This document shows, one piece after another, positions 15,201 through 27,375 of a DNA stretch of 64,000 nt. The DNA is from Pecten maximus (taxonomy: Eukaryota): NCBI RefSeq assembly GCF_902652985.1, contig NC_047033.1:4650001-4714000 (forward strand). Direction: 5' to 3'. The notes beneath the pieces were generated by a model. It saw nothing but the letters and a program-made list of their open reading frames with translations, did no database searches and was not told the origin of the DNA. The position numbers were made by a program, and so were the translations under genes. Within the stretch, counting starts at the first letter, position 1. Every line of letters starts with the position of its first letter.

Positions 15201-18200
15201 ACTGGCTAAAGAGTTGTTCACATATAAGCAACTAAACCGCTGTTTACAATGCACGACGGGGGTAGAAGGATTTATATATAATAATACTGTGGTATATGAC
15301 TGGTGCTAATTCCCAACCCTGATTGGATGATCTGTTACAGACCTTGTTCTATGAAAAAAGTGTTACAGACCTTGGGCATTGTGACGTCACAAACGCCATA
15401 TCAACATGGTATGCAACCCTTTCCGTGAGAGGCACGGCTGTACAATCGGTAGTGGGAATATCCCAGGTAGACATACCTTGTGAACTTATGAAATACCATC
15501 TAAAACAATTGTAGGCTTCCGTTTCTGTTTATCCCTGATCTATGAACCTGGTCTGAACAATATTCATCGGAGTCAACGGTAAATATTGCTCATTCAAAGA
15601 ATTAAATAAGGTATATACCTCATCTGAAGTCCATAAATGTATAATAGTGTATGTAGGGTAATGAATTAAGACTACATGATACAGCCCTTCCTTTCTATTG
15701 CTATTTTTACAGCTTTGCCCTCATAGTACGACTCTTCTGTGCCATTACCACCGCGAATCTTAAAGCTGTGCCCTCATAGTACAACTCTTACAGCTGTACC
15801 CTCATAGTACGACTGTAACAGCTGTGCCCTCATAGTACGACTGTAACAGCTGTACCCTCATAGTACGACTGTACAGCTGTGCCCTCATAGTACGACTGTA
15901 ACAGCTGTACCCTCATAGTACGACTCTTACAGCTGTACCCCCATAGTACGACTCTTACAGCTGTACCCTCATAGTACGACTGTAACAGCTGTACCCCCAT
16001 AGTACGACTCTTACAGCTGTACCCCCATATTACGACCGTAACAGCTGTGCCCTCATAGTACGACTGTAACAGCTGTACCCTCATAGTACGACTCTTACAG
16101 CTGTACCCCCATAGTACGACTGTAACAGCTGTACCCCCATAGTACGACTGTAACAGCTGTACCCCCATAGTACGACTGTAACAGCTGTACCCTCATAGCA
16201 CGACTGTAACAGCTGTGCCCTCATAGTACGACTCTAACAGCTGTGCCCTCATAGCACGACTGTAACCGCTGTACCCTCATAGTACGACTCTTACAGCTGT
16301 GCCCTTATAGTACGACTGTAACAGCTGTACCCCCATAGCACGACTCTTACAGCTGTACCCCCATAGTACGACTCTTACAGCTGTACCCCCATAGTACGAC
16401 TCTTACAGCTGTGCCCTCATAGCACGACTGTAACAGCTGTACCCTCATAGTACGACTGTAACAGCTGTGCCCTTATAGCACGACTGTAACAGCTGTGCCC
16501 CCATAGTACGACTGTAACAGCTGTGCCCCCATAGTACGACTCTTACAGCTGTGCCCTCATAGTACGACTCTTACAGCTGTGCCCTCATAGTACGACTGTA
16601 ACAGCTGTGCCCCCATAGTACGACTCTTACAGCTGTGCCCTCATAGTACGACTCTTACAGCTGTACCCTCATAGTACGACTGTAACAGCTGTACCCCCAT
16701 AGTACGAATGTAACAGCGGTGCCCCCATAGTACGACTGTAACCGCTGTGCCCTCATAGTACGACTGTAACAGCTGTGCCCTCATAGTACGACTCTTACAG
16801 CTGTGCCCTCATAGTACGACTCTTACAGCTGTACCCCCATAGTACGACTGTAACAGCTGTGCCCTCATAGTACAACTCTTACAGCTGTGCCCTCATAGTA
16901 CGACTCTTACAGCTGTGCCCTCATAGTACGACTCTTACAGCTGTGCCCTCATAGTACGAATGTAACAGCTGTGCCCCCATAGTACGACTGTAACCGCTGT
17001 ACCCTCATAGTACGACTGTAACAGCTGTGCCCTCATAGTACGACTCTTACAGCTGTACCCCCATAGTACGACTGTAACAGCTGTGCCCTCATAGTACAAC
17101 TCTTACAGCTGTGCCCTCATAGTACGACTCTTACAGCTGTGCCCTCATAGTACGACTCTTACAGCTGTGCCCTCATAGTACGACTCTTACAGCTGTACCC
17201 CCATAGTACGACTGTAACAGCTGTGCCCTCATAGTACGAATGTAACAGCTGTGCCCTCATAGTACGACTGTAACAGCTGTACCCCCATAGTACGACTGTA
17301 ACAGCTGTGCCCTCATAGTACGACTCTTACAGCTGTGCCCCCATAGTACGAATGTAACAGCTGTGCCCCCATAGTACGACTCTTACAGCTGTGCCCTCAT
17401 AGCACGACTGTAACAGCTGTACCCTCATAGTACGACTGTAACAGCTGTGCCCTCATAGCACGACTGTAACAGCTGTACTCTCATAGTACGACTCTTACAG
17501 CTGTGCCCTCATAGCACGACTGTAACAGCTGTACCCTCATAGTACGACTCTTACAGCTGTACCCTCATAGCACGACTGTAACAGTTGTACCCTCATATTA
17601 CGACTCTTACAGCTGTACCCTCATAGTACGACTGTAACAACTGTACCCTCATAGTACGACTGTAACAGCTGTGCCCTCATAGTACGACTGTAACAGCTGT
17701 ACCCTCATATAACGACTGTTACAGCTGTGCCCCCATAGTACGACTGTTACAGCTGTGCCCCCATAGTACGACTGTAACAGCTGTACCCCCATAGTACGAC
17801 TGTTACAGCTGTGCCCCCATAGTACGACTGTAACAGCTGTACCCCCATAGTACGACTGTAACAGCTGTACCCTCATATTACGACTCTTACAGCTGTGCCC
17901 TCATAGTACGACTCTTACAGCTGTACCCTCATAGTACGATTGTAACAGCTGTACCCTCATAGTACGACTGTAACAGCTGTGCCCTCATAGCACGACTGTA
18001 ACAGCTGTGCCCTCATAGTACTATTGTAACAGCTGTACCCCCATAGTACGACTGTAACAGCTGTACCCTCATAGTACGACTCTTACAGCTGTACCCCCAT
18101 AGTACGACTGTAACAGCTGTACCCCCATAGTACGACTCTTACAGCTGTGCCCTCATAGTACGACTGTAACAGCTGTACCCCCATAGTACGACTCTTACAG

Positions 18201-21200
18201 CTGTGCCCTCATAGTACGACTGTAACAGCTGTACCCCCATAGTACGACTGTAACAGCTGTGCTCTCATAGTACGACTCTTACAGCTGTACCCCCATAGTA
18301 CGATTGTAACAGCTGTACCCCCATAGTACGACTGTAACAGCTGTACCCTCATAGTACGACTCTTACAGCTGTGCTCTCATAGTACGACTCTAACAGCTGT
18401 ACCCCCATAGTACGACTCTAACAGCTGTGCCCTCATAGTACGACTCTTACAGCTGTGCCCTCATAGTACGACTCTTACAGCTGTGCCCTCATAGTACGAC
18501 TCTTACAGCTGTGCCCTCATAGTACGACTGTAACAGCTGTACCCCCATAGTACGACTCTTACAGCTGTGCTCTCATAGTACGACTGTAACAGCTGTGCTC
18601 TCATAGTACGACTCTTACAGCTGTGCCCTCATAGTACGACTCTTACAGCTGTGCCCCCATAGTACGACTGTAACAGCTGTACCCTCATATTACGACTCTT
18701 ACAGCTGTGCCCTCATAGTACGACTCTTACAGCTGTGCCCTCATAGTACGACTCTTACAGCTGTACCCTCATAGTACGACTCTTACAGCTGTGCCCTCAT
18801 AGTACGACTCTTACAGCTGTGCCCTCATAGTACGACTCTTACAGCTGTACCCTCATAGTACGACTGTAACAGCTGTGCCCCCATAGTACGACTGTCACAG
18901 CTGTACCCCCATAGTACGACTGTAACAGCTGTACCCTCATAGTACGACTCTTACAGCTGTACCCCCATAGTACGACTGTAACAGCTGTGCCCCCATAGTA
19001 CGACTGTAACAGCTGTACCCCCATAGTACGACTGTAACAGCTGTACCCCCATAGTACGACTGTAACAGCTGTACCCTCATAGTACGACTCTTACAGCTGT
19101 ACCCCCATAGTACGACTGTAACAGCTGTGCCCCCATAGTACGACTGTAACAGCTGTACCCCCATAGTACGACTGTAACAGCTGTACCCCCATAGTACGAC
19201 TGTAACAGCTGTACCCCCATAGTACGACTGTAACAGCTGTGCCCCCATATTACGTCTGTAACAGCTGTGCTCTCATAGTACGACTCTTGTGTGATATTAC
19301 TACCGCGACTCTTTCAGCTGTGCTCTCATAGTACGACTGTAACAGCTGTACCCCCATAGTACGACTGTAACAGCTGTACCCCCATAGTACGACTGTAACA
19401 GCTGTGCCCTCATAGTACGACTCTTACAGCTGTGCCCCCAAATTACGACTGTAACAGCTGTGCCCTCATAGCACGACTCTTGTGTGATATTACTACCGCG
19501 ACTCTTTCAGCTGTGCCCTCATAGCACGACCCTTCTGTGCCATTACCACTGCGAATCCTAAAACTGTGCCCTCATAGCACGACCCTTCTGTGATATTAGC
19601 TCCAAATATTGAAATTCATAAAAAAGGGGGAAATTCAGAAAACCAAAATTTAGAAATGTAAGTGAATTATCACATAGTTTAATAGGTTTCGTTATGTTTG
19701 AAAAGGGACGTATATACATACAAATAGTCTATGTACGTCCCTGATTTGGATAGTGATGCATTTCAACGAATGGAATACGTGTTTACTTTAAGGAAAACGA
19801 ACGACATGAGAGGCCTAGGTTTAACGCAAAAGAGTTATATATTTTAAAAAGTTCAAATAATGCATGATGATTTTTTTCTTCTTCTTATATTTTAAGCATA
19901 ACATTCAGCTGATGAGAAAGATCCCTCAGTGCAAAAATGCTATATATTTGGCGAGATGTCTGAAAGGACACAAATTTAGCAAACAGCTCATTTTGAAGAT
20001 GTTTATGTTTAAACATTTTTCACACAGACTATAAACGTACGGTAAAAGTGATATCAAAGCAATTTTGAAATTGAAAATTTACGCTGTTAAATTTTAAAAT
20101 CAACTTCATTTAATTTTAAAAAATTTCGTTTAAAAATTAAGAGAGGATTATTAGAGGTAATGCACATAACATAAATCCTTTTGGATCAACTCGCCTACCT
20201 CTCATTTAGTTTGTAGGCAAAAATGCATAACACTCCTCATCTTCAATGGAAAAAAAATGAAGCAAGAAATATCTTTTAAAAAGATAAACGGCATAGTTTT
20301 AATGCTGGTGGTTATAATGTAAAACTGATGATGAAATAAATTTAGCACGAATAACAAAATTATGTCAGTTTGAATCATTTTTGGTAATAATAAGACTGCA
20401 TTTGAAGCAGAAATATGATTTTATTAATGTGTCATTTAAAAAAGATAATCTACTTATTCAGCTTGCATTCAATCTTATTTTTGTTTCGTTTTTAACTGCA
20501 TATCTGCATTTTGCATTAACCGCTACATTGACCAATCACATATTTCATCTTGACCAGTAACGCCACCTGTCGCGTCATATCCGGGGCCAAAAGAAAATTA
20601 TACGGCTATGCCGAAAAAAGTATTGAATGCTATTAACGGCCATATCAAAATAAAAAAAGTTTCGGTCGTTATTTTTGAAACGTTCAACTCGCTTCAAATT
20701 GGTCGACAAGCTTCGCCGAGGAGGATAAATTTAGAAGGCAATCCAAGATAACAATGTGCCTGTTGTGTTGTATGCTATCCGTATTTTAGTTGAATGGGGT
20801 TTATAACATTTCCGCAGTTTTCCCAATTCGTTTCCTTTTTTGGTCAATAGAATGCATTAATCGCCATCCCTCACTAGTACATGTACCCGGTCAGACACGG
20901 GTCAGTAAAGACTGGCGTGACAGCAGTACAATAACTTCTGGGCGTACCCGTCTAAGGTTTTCAATGGCTAGTTCTGCGGGATCATCTCTATTTATACAGG
21001 GTCAATGTTACTGTTAAATGAGTAACATACATAAAAGAGTCGCCAGTGTACACACATTCAATCAATGGGCCATTTATATGGGTATATGTCCACACCCAGT
21101 CACGATGGGTCAACTACGGCAAATATATGTACATACGGCTTTAAATTTCGTAAATGTATACTAGTATACTTAACAAATGCTTTCGCCCGCTTACAAACAC

Positions 21201-21757
21201 ACATCAAATCCGGGTCAATACTACACAAATACATAATGAGTTAGTCTTAAATGGTACGCTAGGTATGTACTGTATACACATTATAACCGAAACATCTAGA
21301 GCGTGAACTACCAGTCCTTTCGTCAAACGCAGATCGATACTTGTGTAAGCATATGTTTGTGTCATCATTGAAAACGAAACTAACCCGTTTTAGCAGACCA
21401 ATATCCCAGAACGAATGAGGTTCAGAGTTTTAAGAAAACATATCGTATGGGAGAAAGATTTTTCCTTTTTGTGTTGTATTGAAAAACGTTAAGATTCACG
21501 CAACAGAAATATCCAACTTTTAATTATTATATTTATGTTACTACACTTCAGAACAAGAACCTATGTACCACATCATGTTCCCAGAATGCTTTTCGCGGTA
21601 CATGATACCCACATAGTGCCAACATCGGATGTCGTCTGATCAGGCTTCAGTACTTACCTTCAGTTTCCCAGTCATATTTTCCTTGAAATCTGATTGCTGT
21701 AGTAGAAATAATTCCCAAAACACTTAAAAATATAAGTCGAATAAAAAGCAAGTCCAT
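1..21757 (-). CDS. ADAM/ADAMTS-like reprolysin (M12B) zinc metalloprotease, 5' part (signal peptide, prodomain, start of catalytic domain); continues past left edge
   Basis: Eight exons join in phase across GT-AG introns: 21658-21757, 14772-14983, 14270-14353, 13798-13936, 5024-5210, 2722-2815, 1246-1323, 1-41. The product has a signal peptide, prodomain motifs (LSLRRN..VPVY, AYYQD..AAF, FGTL..YFLE), furin site RVKR, then VEIMITSDHTIY, which resembles the first strand of the reprolysin catalytic domain. HExxH is not in the window. Confidence 0.85.
1128..1230. repeat. Three-copy repeat of about 33-36 bp next to a metalloprotease donor
   Basis: ATACCGAGAGCTAC..CAGTCGGAC x3. Confidence 0.75.
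1246..1323 (-). CDS. Metalloprotease exon 7
   Basis: ttgcag| IDTMYASIDSSSISIKTVFACMVVSK |GTAAGT; 78 nt, phase 0-0. Confidence 0.82.
2104..2571. mobile_element. Possible TTAA-flanked MITE
   Basis: TTAA-AAGGGAACCAAC ... GTTGGTCCC-TTAA imperfect terminal inverted repeats. Confidence 0.4.
2722..2815 (-). CDS. Metalloprotease exon 6
   Basis: ctttag| (Y)WYDDSNATSTAQKDTDAMASIRQHYAHSMNE |GTTAAT; phase 2 to 0. Confidence 0.85.
5024..5210 (-). CDS. Metalloprotease exon 5 (furin site and start of catalytic domain)
   Basis: ttttcag| (V)DDFVGEKDD...PSPRVKRAAVQQTVEIMITSDHTIYS |GTAAGT; phase 1 to 2. Confidence 0.88.
7189..8892 (+). mobile_element. Internally deleted Mutator-like (MULE) DNA transposon
   Basis: TIRs GG..ATCCTGTTTCTCCCAAAACTGAAAA at both ends; TSD ATCTTAAC at 7181-7188 and 8893-8900; decayed transposase remnants 7700-8300 (WTLTNNGDQFLLFDD..RI; TNNLEE*H; HLNMYIFIRVLEEIQ; PKRRRYRQLN). 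Confidence 0.85.
9876..10372. repeat. 15-bp minisatellite (ATGTATATGACTATT)n, about 33 copies
   Basis: Direct reading; source of the spurious MYMTI and HNSHI ORFs. Confidence 0.97.
10490..11755. repeat. 30-bp minisatellite (AGGATTTAAGGAGAACAGTATTGTAAATAT)n, about 42 copies
   Basis: Direct reading. Confidence 0.97.
12255..12720. repeat. 35-bp minisatellite interrupted by the solo LTR
   Basis: Unit TTTGATATAGGCGGAAAGTTGTTCGCCTTTAATAT on the left and TTTGATGTAGGCATAAAGTTCGTCGCCTTTAATAA on the right. Confidence 0.92.
12412..12538 (+). mobile_element. tRNA(Thr)-containing solo LTR (Helenus-like TRIM)
   Basis: TGTA...TACA termini; 4-bp TSD TAGG; internal cloverleaf at about 12444-12515 with A box TAGCTCAATCGG, anticodon arm TCCGG-CTAGTGT-TCGGA (AGT) and B box GGTTCGAACC. 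Confidence 0.72.
13798..13936 (-). CDS. Metalloprotease exon 4 (prodomain)
   Basis: ttcacag| FGTLRLRNANYFLERSGD...VVDFVRKK |GTGACT; phase 0 to 1. Confidence 0.8.
14270..14353 (-). CDS. Metalloprotease exon 3 (prodomain)
   Basis: cacag| DTAYYQDVEHGAAFTVKFDEKTSKVSNL |GTAAGT; 84 nt, phase 0-0. Confidence 0.88.
14772..14983 (-). CDS. Metalloprotease exon 2 (prodomain)
   Basis: cttccag| (E)HVTLHISDTGRHKRSGGG...LSLRRNYALNENVPVYVIEENGIVQQNLPVVT |GTAAGA; phase 1 to 0; lies within ORF 14727..14999. Confidence 0.9.
15710..19592. repeat. 28-bp minisatellite (ACAGCTGTRCCCYCATAGTACGACTSTW)n, over 120 copies, in intron 1 of the metalloprotease
   Basis: Direct reading; period 28 (15901 to 15929). Confidence 0.98.
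21658..21757 (-). CDS. Metalloprotease exon 1 (signal peptide)
   Basis: MDLLFIRLIFLSVLGIISTTAIRFQGKYDWETE; donor AAG|GTAAGT, phase 1. Confidence 0.85.
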
Positions 21758-21814
21758 GTTTCCTGATGGTTTGCCGTGGAATGATTATGATCATTCAGAG
21801 ATTCGATCGTGACC

Positions 21815-21880
21815 AAATTCTGAGAGAGGTTTGTGTATGCCTATATAAATAGCCATCCACCCCGATACAATGACGTCATG
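21815..21880 (-). promoter_or_regulatory. Core promoter of the metalloprotease gene: CRE, TATA and Inr
   Basis: Minus strand: palindromic TGACGTCA (21871-21878), TATTTATATA starting at 21851, and Inr-like TCAGAA with its A at 21821, exactly 30 nt downstream of the TATA start and 64 nt upstream of the ATG. Confidence 0.6.
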
Positions 21881-24169
21881 CAGTAGAGCGTATCGTGACT
21901 TGCTGTAACTTCTACTCTTCCGTGACAGAAGAAATGGAAGGAATTCGATTGTACAATACTACCAGTACAATCTATAATGATACTAAAACGTCTTATCTTG
22001 TTTCACGTCAGCGTTTGAACAAATTGATCCAATATATAGTCGGGTTTATACTATAAATCCTTTCCCTGTACCACGGTGCACAGAGTAGAATCGATAAAAT
22101 ACTAAGATTACAGGGACCCGGGTAGAAACGACAATTTTGCTTTGGTGATCATGTAATACTTTAACATCTAGACAATCACTGAATCACTGAATGACATCGA
22201 TATAAGTATTGTTTGACTTCTTTGATGTATGGTGGCGTTTTCCCATAACTGGAATTTATCTTTCGCGACTTAAAATGATAGATCTAGTGCATTTTGAAAA
22301 TGGAGACCTACTAGTGTCGTTTTATTAGGAAAATGACATTTGAGACTCCCGCATGTCTCGATACTAATCAAATCACTGTTTTATATATGTGCATGCATAC
22401 GTTACACCTCGATTGGGATAAGTATACGTATTTATATACACAAATTGCTGACGTGTTTATATAAGTAACCTTATACATTTCACAAAACATTCCAGTTAGT
22501 ACAGATTTACACCCAACGCCAAGCCTAGCCAAAAACAAAAATGTATGACACCTACATACACGGTATTTAACGCTAGTTGTACATAATGTACTTTATATTC
22601 ATGCACGCGGAACGGATTATATTTTGTCAATTTTGATTAGAATATTAAATGATACTTAATCTTAATTACATGTGCATCCACCGTCGTCTATATAGCTTTC
22701 AGGAGATGCCAGACCTACTGTCATAGTGTTTTGAAGGCAACATTATCCAAAACACGTTACAAAAATAAAATATTATCTTACAGTGTTGATCAAACTATAC
22801 GTAGACGCATTTATAATGGTAAATACAACCTCAATGTGTTTTAAAGAACAGAGCATTATCAAGTTGTAGAAATCACCCTAAGCTATTTTAACAATATGGC
22901 GTGTTGAATGAACTGACCAATGGTTATCGGATTACAATAGGGGAGCCTCTACAAACGACTGTGTATTGTACATGTATCTAGTTACACAAACAGTGAGTTA
23001 ATATAACCAAGCATAGCCGTACAAACACTTGGCAGAGATTCCCAACCCAGGGCCCATATACATTTATGTCATACCTCTATCTGAGTTTTTAAAGAGGTTT
23101 TGAAATTGGAACTTACTTCCGCTTCTATAAACCATAGCGCACTAGTATTTGGACATCTATTTCTCTTGATTATTATAACTGACAAAACACTGCAAAACTG
23201 TTTCGACTATAAAAATAGTAGAGGTTTTGAAGTCATTTATCTTCTTTCTAAAAAAACCCTTTCTTCCTTTTATCCCCATTGATACGGTCTCAATTTTGGA
23301 ATTTAGTTAAATGTTCACCACTGTAACGGAGGCATCGGGTACTGTTTCCATTTGAATACATTGTTGCCTATCGGAAACATAACTCCTAATCTCCCCTTCG
23401 CAAATACATTGACCATGTGTAATTGGATATCTTCGACACTTTCCGACAAGCCCGTAAAAAAAAACCCAAAAAAAACAACAAACAAACAAACAAAAGAAAA
23501 ACAAAAACAAAAGATAAAACAAGCAAAAAACACGCCTTTGGTTTATTTTTGAGGTCTCATAGACATTTAAGAGCAAACATCGTACATGGATATAGGTGAT
23601 ATAATTTCAATAAAACACACAAGTACAATTTACTACCAGGTTTAAAAATATCTCTACGACACCCGATTCCTCATTGTCATACGTAAATCGAAGTCACGAC
23701 ATGGAAAGCACACCGGCCTTTTGTGTGTATATATAGGTTTTGGTGTTTAGTGTTTAAAAATAAATCTACCACTTACAAATTGTGTTCTCTGTAGCCCTAG
23801 TTCCCTTGAGCCCTTACACCACGTCTGGTGTTGGGCCCCTACAGAGGGTTAAATTATGTTCTCCACTGGCGAATAAGAATTTATATATACATGGGTGTTA
23901 TTCCATCAAAATAAAACAGCATTCAATCTGTGTATGTAACAAGAATAGGAAAAATACTTCAAATGAAAACACGTGATTTTAAAGAATTGATACATACATT
24001 GTATGCTTTAAGAACTGAATTAATGAACGTTTAACTTAACTAATCAAGCTTTATGTGGACACTAACAAGTTTTAAAACACCGCAGCAGGTTTCATTAGAC
24101 AGATAACACCATATAACTAGATCTATATTAACCGCTTACAAGCAGCAATTACTAGTATTACTCGTATCA

Positions 24170-24399
24170 GTTTGGTTTAGTTTAGTTTGGTTTTGTTTAA
24201 CGTCCTATAAAAAGCCATGGTCATTTAAGGACGTGCCAGGTTTTGGAGGTGGAGGAAAGCCGGAGTACCCGGAGAAAAACAACCGGCCTACGGTCAGTAC
24301 CTGGCAACTGCCCCACGTAGGTTTCGAACTCGAAACCAAGAGGTGGAGGGCTAGTGATAAAGTGTCGGTACACCTTAACCACTCGGCCACCGCGGCCCC
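24170..24399 (-). mobile_element. tRNA-derived SINE with V-domain-like core, copy 1
   Basis: A box TGGCCGAGTGG, B box GTTCGAAAC, core TTCTCCGGGTACTCCGGCTTTCCTCC, (AAAC)n-like tail; TSD TACTCGTATCA at 24159-24169 and 24400-24410. Confidence 0.92.
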
Positions 24400-24739
24400 T
24401 ACTCGTATCAAGATGATGAATAGACATTTAATGTTACCAGATCCAGGACTGGAAGTGTTCTCTATAAATATAGATTAACTGTTGTACACCATTGTTTCTA
24501 AAACCGTAAGTGGGTTCCAATAATAGAAAGTAGATGTTCAAGTAGTTTATTTAACAATAATTTTATTCAAATTTATTCAAAATATATACATACATTTTCA
24601 TAATTTGGGATCTGAAAACAAGCTTAAAGCTTATATTGATTCCTTTCCCAAGTACATACAAAAGCAAATTAATCTTCGGATGTGGACATACTTTGTTTAC
24701 AATATAGGATGAATAATAATAAGTTCACAACTATCATAC

Positions 24740-25860
24740 AATGTATGTCAATGTTCAAATAGTTGAACGCCATCTTTTCAAGAAGCGGAAGTGAATTTCA
24801 ATAATAATATACAATGTATTATAGATGTTCAAGGAGTTGAACGCCATCTTTTCAAGAAGCGGAAGTGAATTCCAGTAATAATATACAAAGTATAATAGAT
24901 GTTCAAGCAGTTGAACACCATCTTTTCAAGAAGCGGAAGTGAATTCCAATAATAATATACAATGTATAATAGATATTCAAGCAGTTGAACGCCATCTTTT
25001 CTAGAAACGGAAGTGAATTCCAATAATAATATACAATGTATAATAGATGTTCAAGCAGTTGAACGCCATCTTTTCTAGAAACGGAATTGAGTTCCAGTGA
25101 TAATATACAAAGTATAATAGATGTTCAAGCAGTTGAACACCATCTTGTCAAGAAGCGGAAGTGAATTCCAATAATAATATACAATGTATAATAGATGTTC
25201 AAGCAGTTGAACGCCATCTTTTCTAAAACGGAATTGAGTTGCAGTGATAATATACAATGTATAATAGATGTTCAAGCAGTTGAACGCCATCTTTTCTAAA
25301 ACGGAATTGAGTTGCAGTGATAATATACAAAGTATAATAGATGTTCAAGCAGTTGAACGCCATCTTTTCTAAAACGGAATTGAGTTGCAGTGATAATATA
25401 CAAAGTATAATAGATGTTCAAGCAGTTGAACGCCATCTTTTCTAAAACGGAATTGAGTTGCAGTGATAATATACAAAGTATAATAGATGTTCAAGCAGTT
25501 GAACGCCATCTTTTCTAAAACGGAATTGAGTTGCAGTGATAATATACAATGTATAATAGATGTTCAAGCAGTTGAACGCCATCTTTTCTAAAACGGAATT
25601 GAGTTGCAGTGATATATATATAAGATATCAAAACAGTTGTCCGGCATCCTTTCTATAGCGGAAGTGAATTTCAATGAGAGATACATATTCGTGTACGTCA
25701 TCGTTTCTAGAAGCGGAAGTGAGTAACAGTAATATATTACAGTTTTCGCCATTGTTTCGTCAGGCAGAAGCGAGTTCAAATAATATATAATAGCTTACGT
25801 CATCGTTTCCAAAACCGGAAGTGGTTTCCAATGATAAATATCAGTTGTTTGAGGTATAAC
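24740..25860. repeat. 73-74-bp minisatellite, about 12 good copies decaying to the right
   Basis: Unit includes GATGTTCAAGCAGTTGAACGCCATCTTTTC..CGGAAGTG; period 73 (25267 to 25340). Confidence 0.95.
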
Positions 25861-26399
25861 AGTAGTGTCGTTTACGATCTAAGTTCCTCGTTATTATATG
25901 TACCTGATTGTTTAAACAATGCTATGCTGTAGTGGACCCCATTGGAAATCAACCTTTATCAGTTTTTATTGGGCTATTAAAGGCATAAAGGTAATTCTTT
26001 CCGGTAATTCGATAATTAATTAACCTTATGTCTCGCTGCGGTGACGCAAATAGAGTAGACCTTGGAGGTCTAGATTTGCGTCATCGCATATTACTTGATA
26101 TTACTTTTGCTACGTTTTTAGTGCTGTGATTGTATAATCTGAGATACCATATTAAGTTACAGTGGTATAAGTTTACAAAAGTGTACCTTTTTACCAGGAT
26201 GAATATTATTATCATTATCGTTTCAAAAAGTGGAAGCAAGTTCCGATGATCAAACAGTTGTATACCATCGTTTCTAGAAGCGACGGCTGAGTCTCAACCT
26301 AAGTTGGAATAGGCGATAATTCGTGATTAAATTTTATTCATCTAGTTTTTGATATTTTTGAGATGGCAGATAATACGGCAACGACTATGCTAGTACAAT

Positions 26400-27375
26400 G
26401 GACTGACTGGAGAAAAGACAAAGGAAACGAGGTGCAAGTGTGGAAAGGTCTAGATTGCGGATCCACCAGGCGAAAGCGAGGTGCCAACCTGAGAAAAAAC
26501 ATCAGCAGCGCACAGATAGAAGACCTGACGAGACGCAGGGGGTTCCCAGCCAGGAGTCACACCACAATGCTGAGGACCACTCCGCTGATGTGTCATCACA
26601 GCAAGACACCGGTAATTCAGTGTACGATGTTCTACCAACATCTACCAACTTGCATCAGTGGGGAATGACAGAAAATGTCAACTGCTCGCTGTATAATCGT
26701 CCATTTACTGTCATCGTGCAACACTGGTTTGACGCAGGGGAGATATACATGGAGGCACAACAAGGTTCTGCGGGAGCTAGCAGACACTTTGGAGATAGGA
26801 AGGCAAAGAAAGAGAAGATGTATGAAATAACATCCCTACATCAACTTTGTAAGGTCTGGAGAGTCAGACAGCAAAACAAAAGCACAGCAGGGAGGGATAC
26901 TGGACGTAAATCAGAACTGGGAGATTCGTCCAGATATTCTACTCTGGTCACAGCAAGGGAAGAGAATGATAATAATTGAGCTTACTGTCCCCTGGGAGGA
27001 GCGATGTCAAGAGGCATACGAGCGGAAAAGATAGAAATACACCAACCTTGCTGATGACATAAGAGCAAAAGGATGATGGGTGTGGCCATGCCAGTAGACA
27101 TGGGGTGCAGAGGATTCCCTGCACAGTCCATGTGGAGGATGTTTGATGCTGCTGCATCCGGGTAAAAGACCGAAGGGCAGCTGTACAACGACTAGCAACA
27201 ACAGCAGAGAAGTCGTCCAGCTGGCTTTGGTGGAGAAGGGAGGACAAGAGCTGGAAGCCATCCATCGACGGACAGTGATTTGGCCAATCACTGTCGACTC
27301 GCCACCTTTAGGGCGTTCCAGGATAGGAGTCGAAACGTCCAGTGAGAGGTGGTCCTGGCTGACGACGTCGATTGA
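26400..27375 (+). mobile_element. Dead 3' fragment of a non-LTR retrotransposon with restriction-like endonuclease (HERO/NeSL-like)
   Basis: Frameshifted pieces VYDVLPTSTNLHQWG..NCSL, GRYTWRHNKVLRELA, RPDI, IIIELTVPWEE..AYERK..KY..L, GCRGF..S.W, SSWLW. Confidence 0.85.

Noticed and set aside
15830-19248. Repetitive ORFs MGVQLLQSYYGG...
   Set aside because: Translation of the 28-bp array.
24740-25860. Hairpin-containing regularly spaced repeats resembling a CRISPR array (also 28790-29410 and 62498-64000)
   Set aside because: The whole unit repeats with no unique spacers, there are no cas genes, and the context is eukaryotic and intron-rich.
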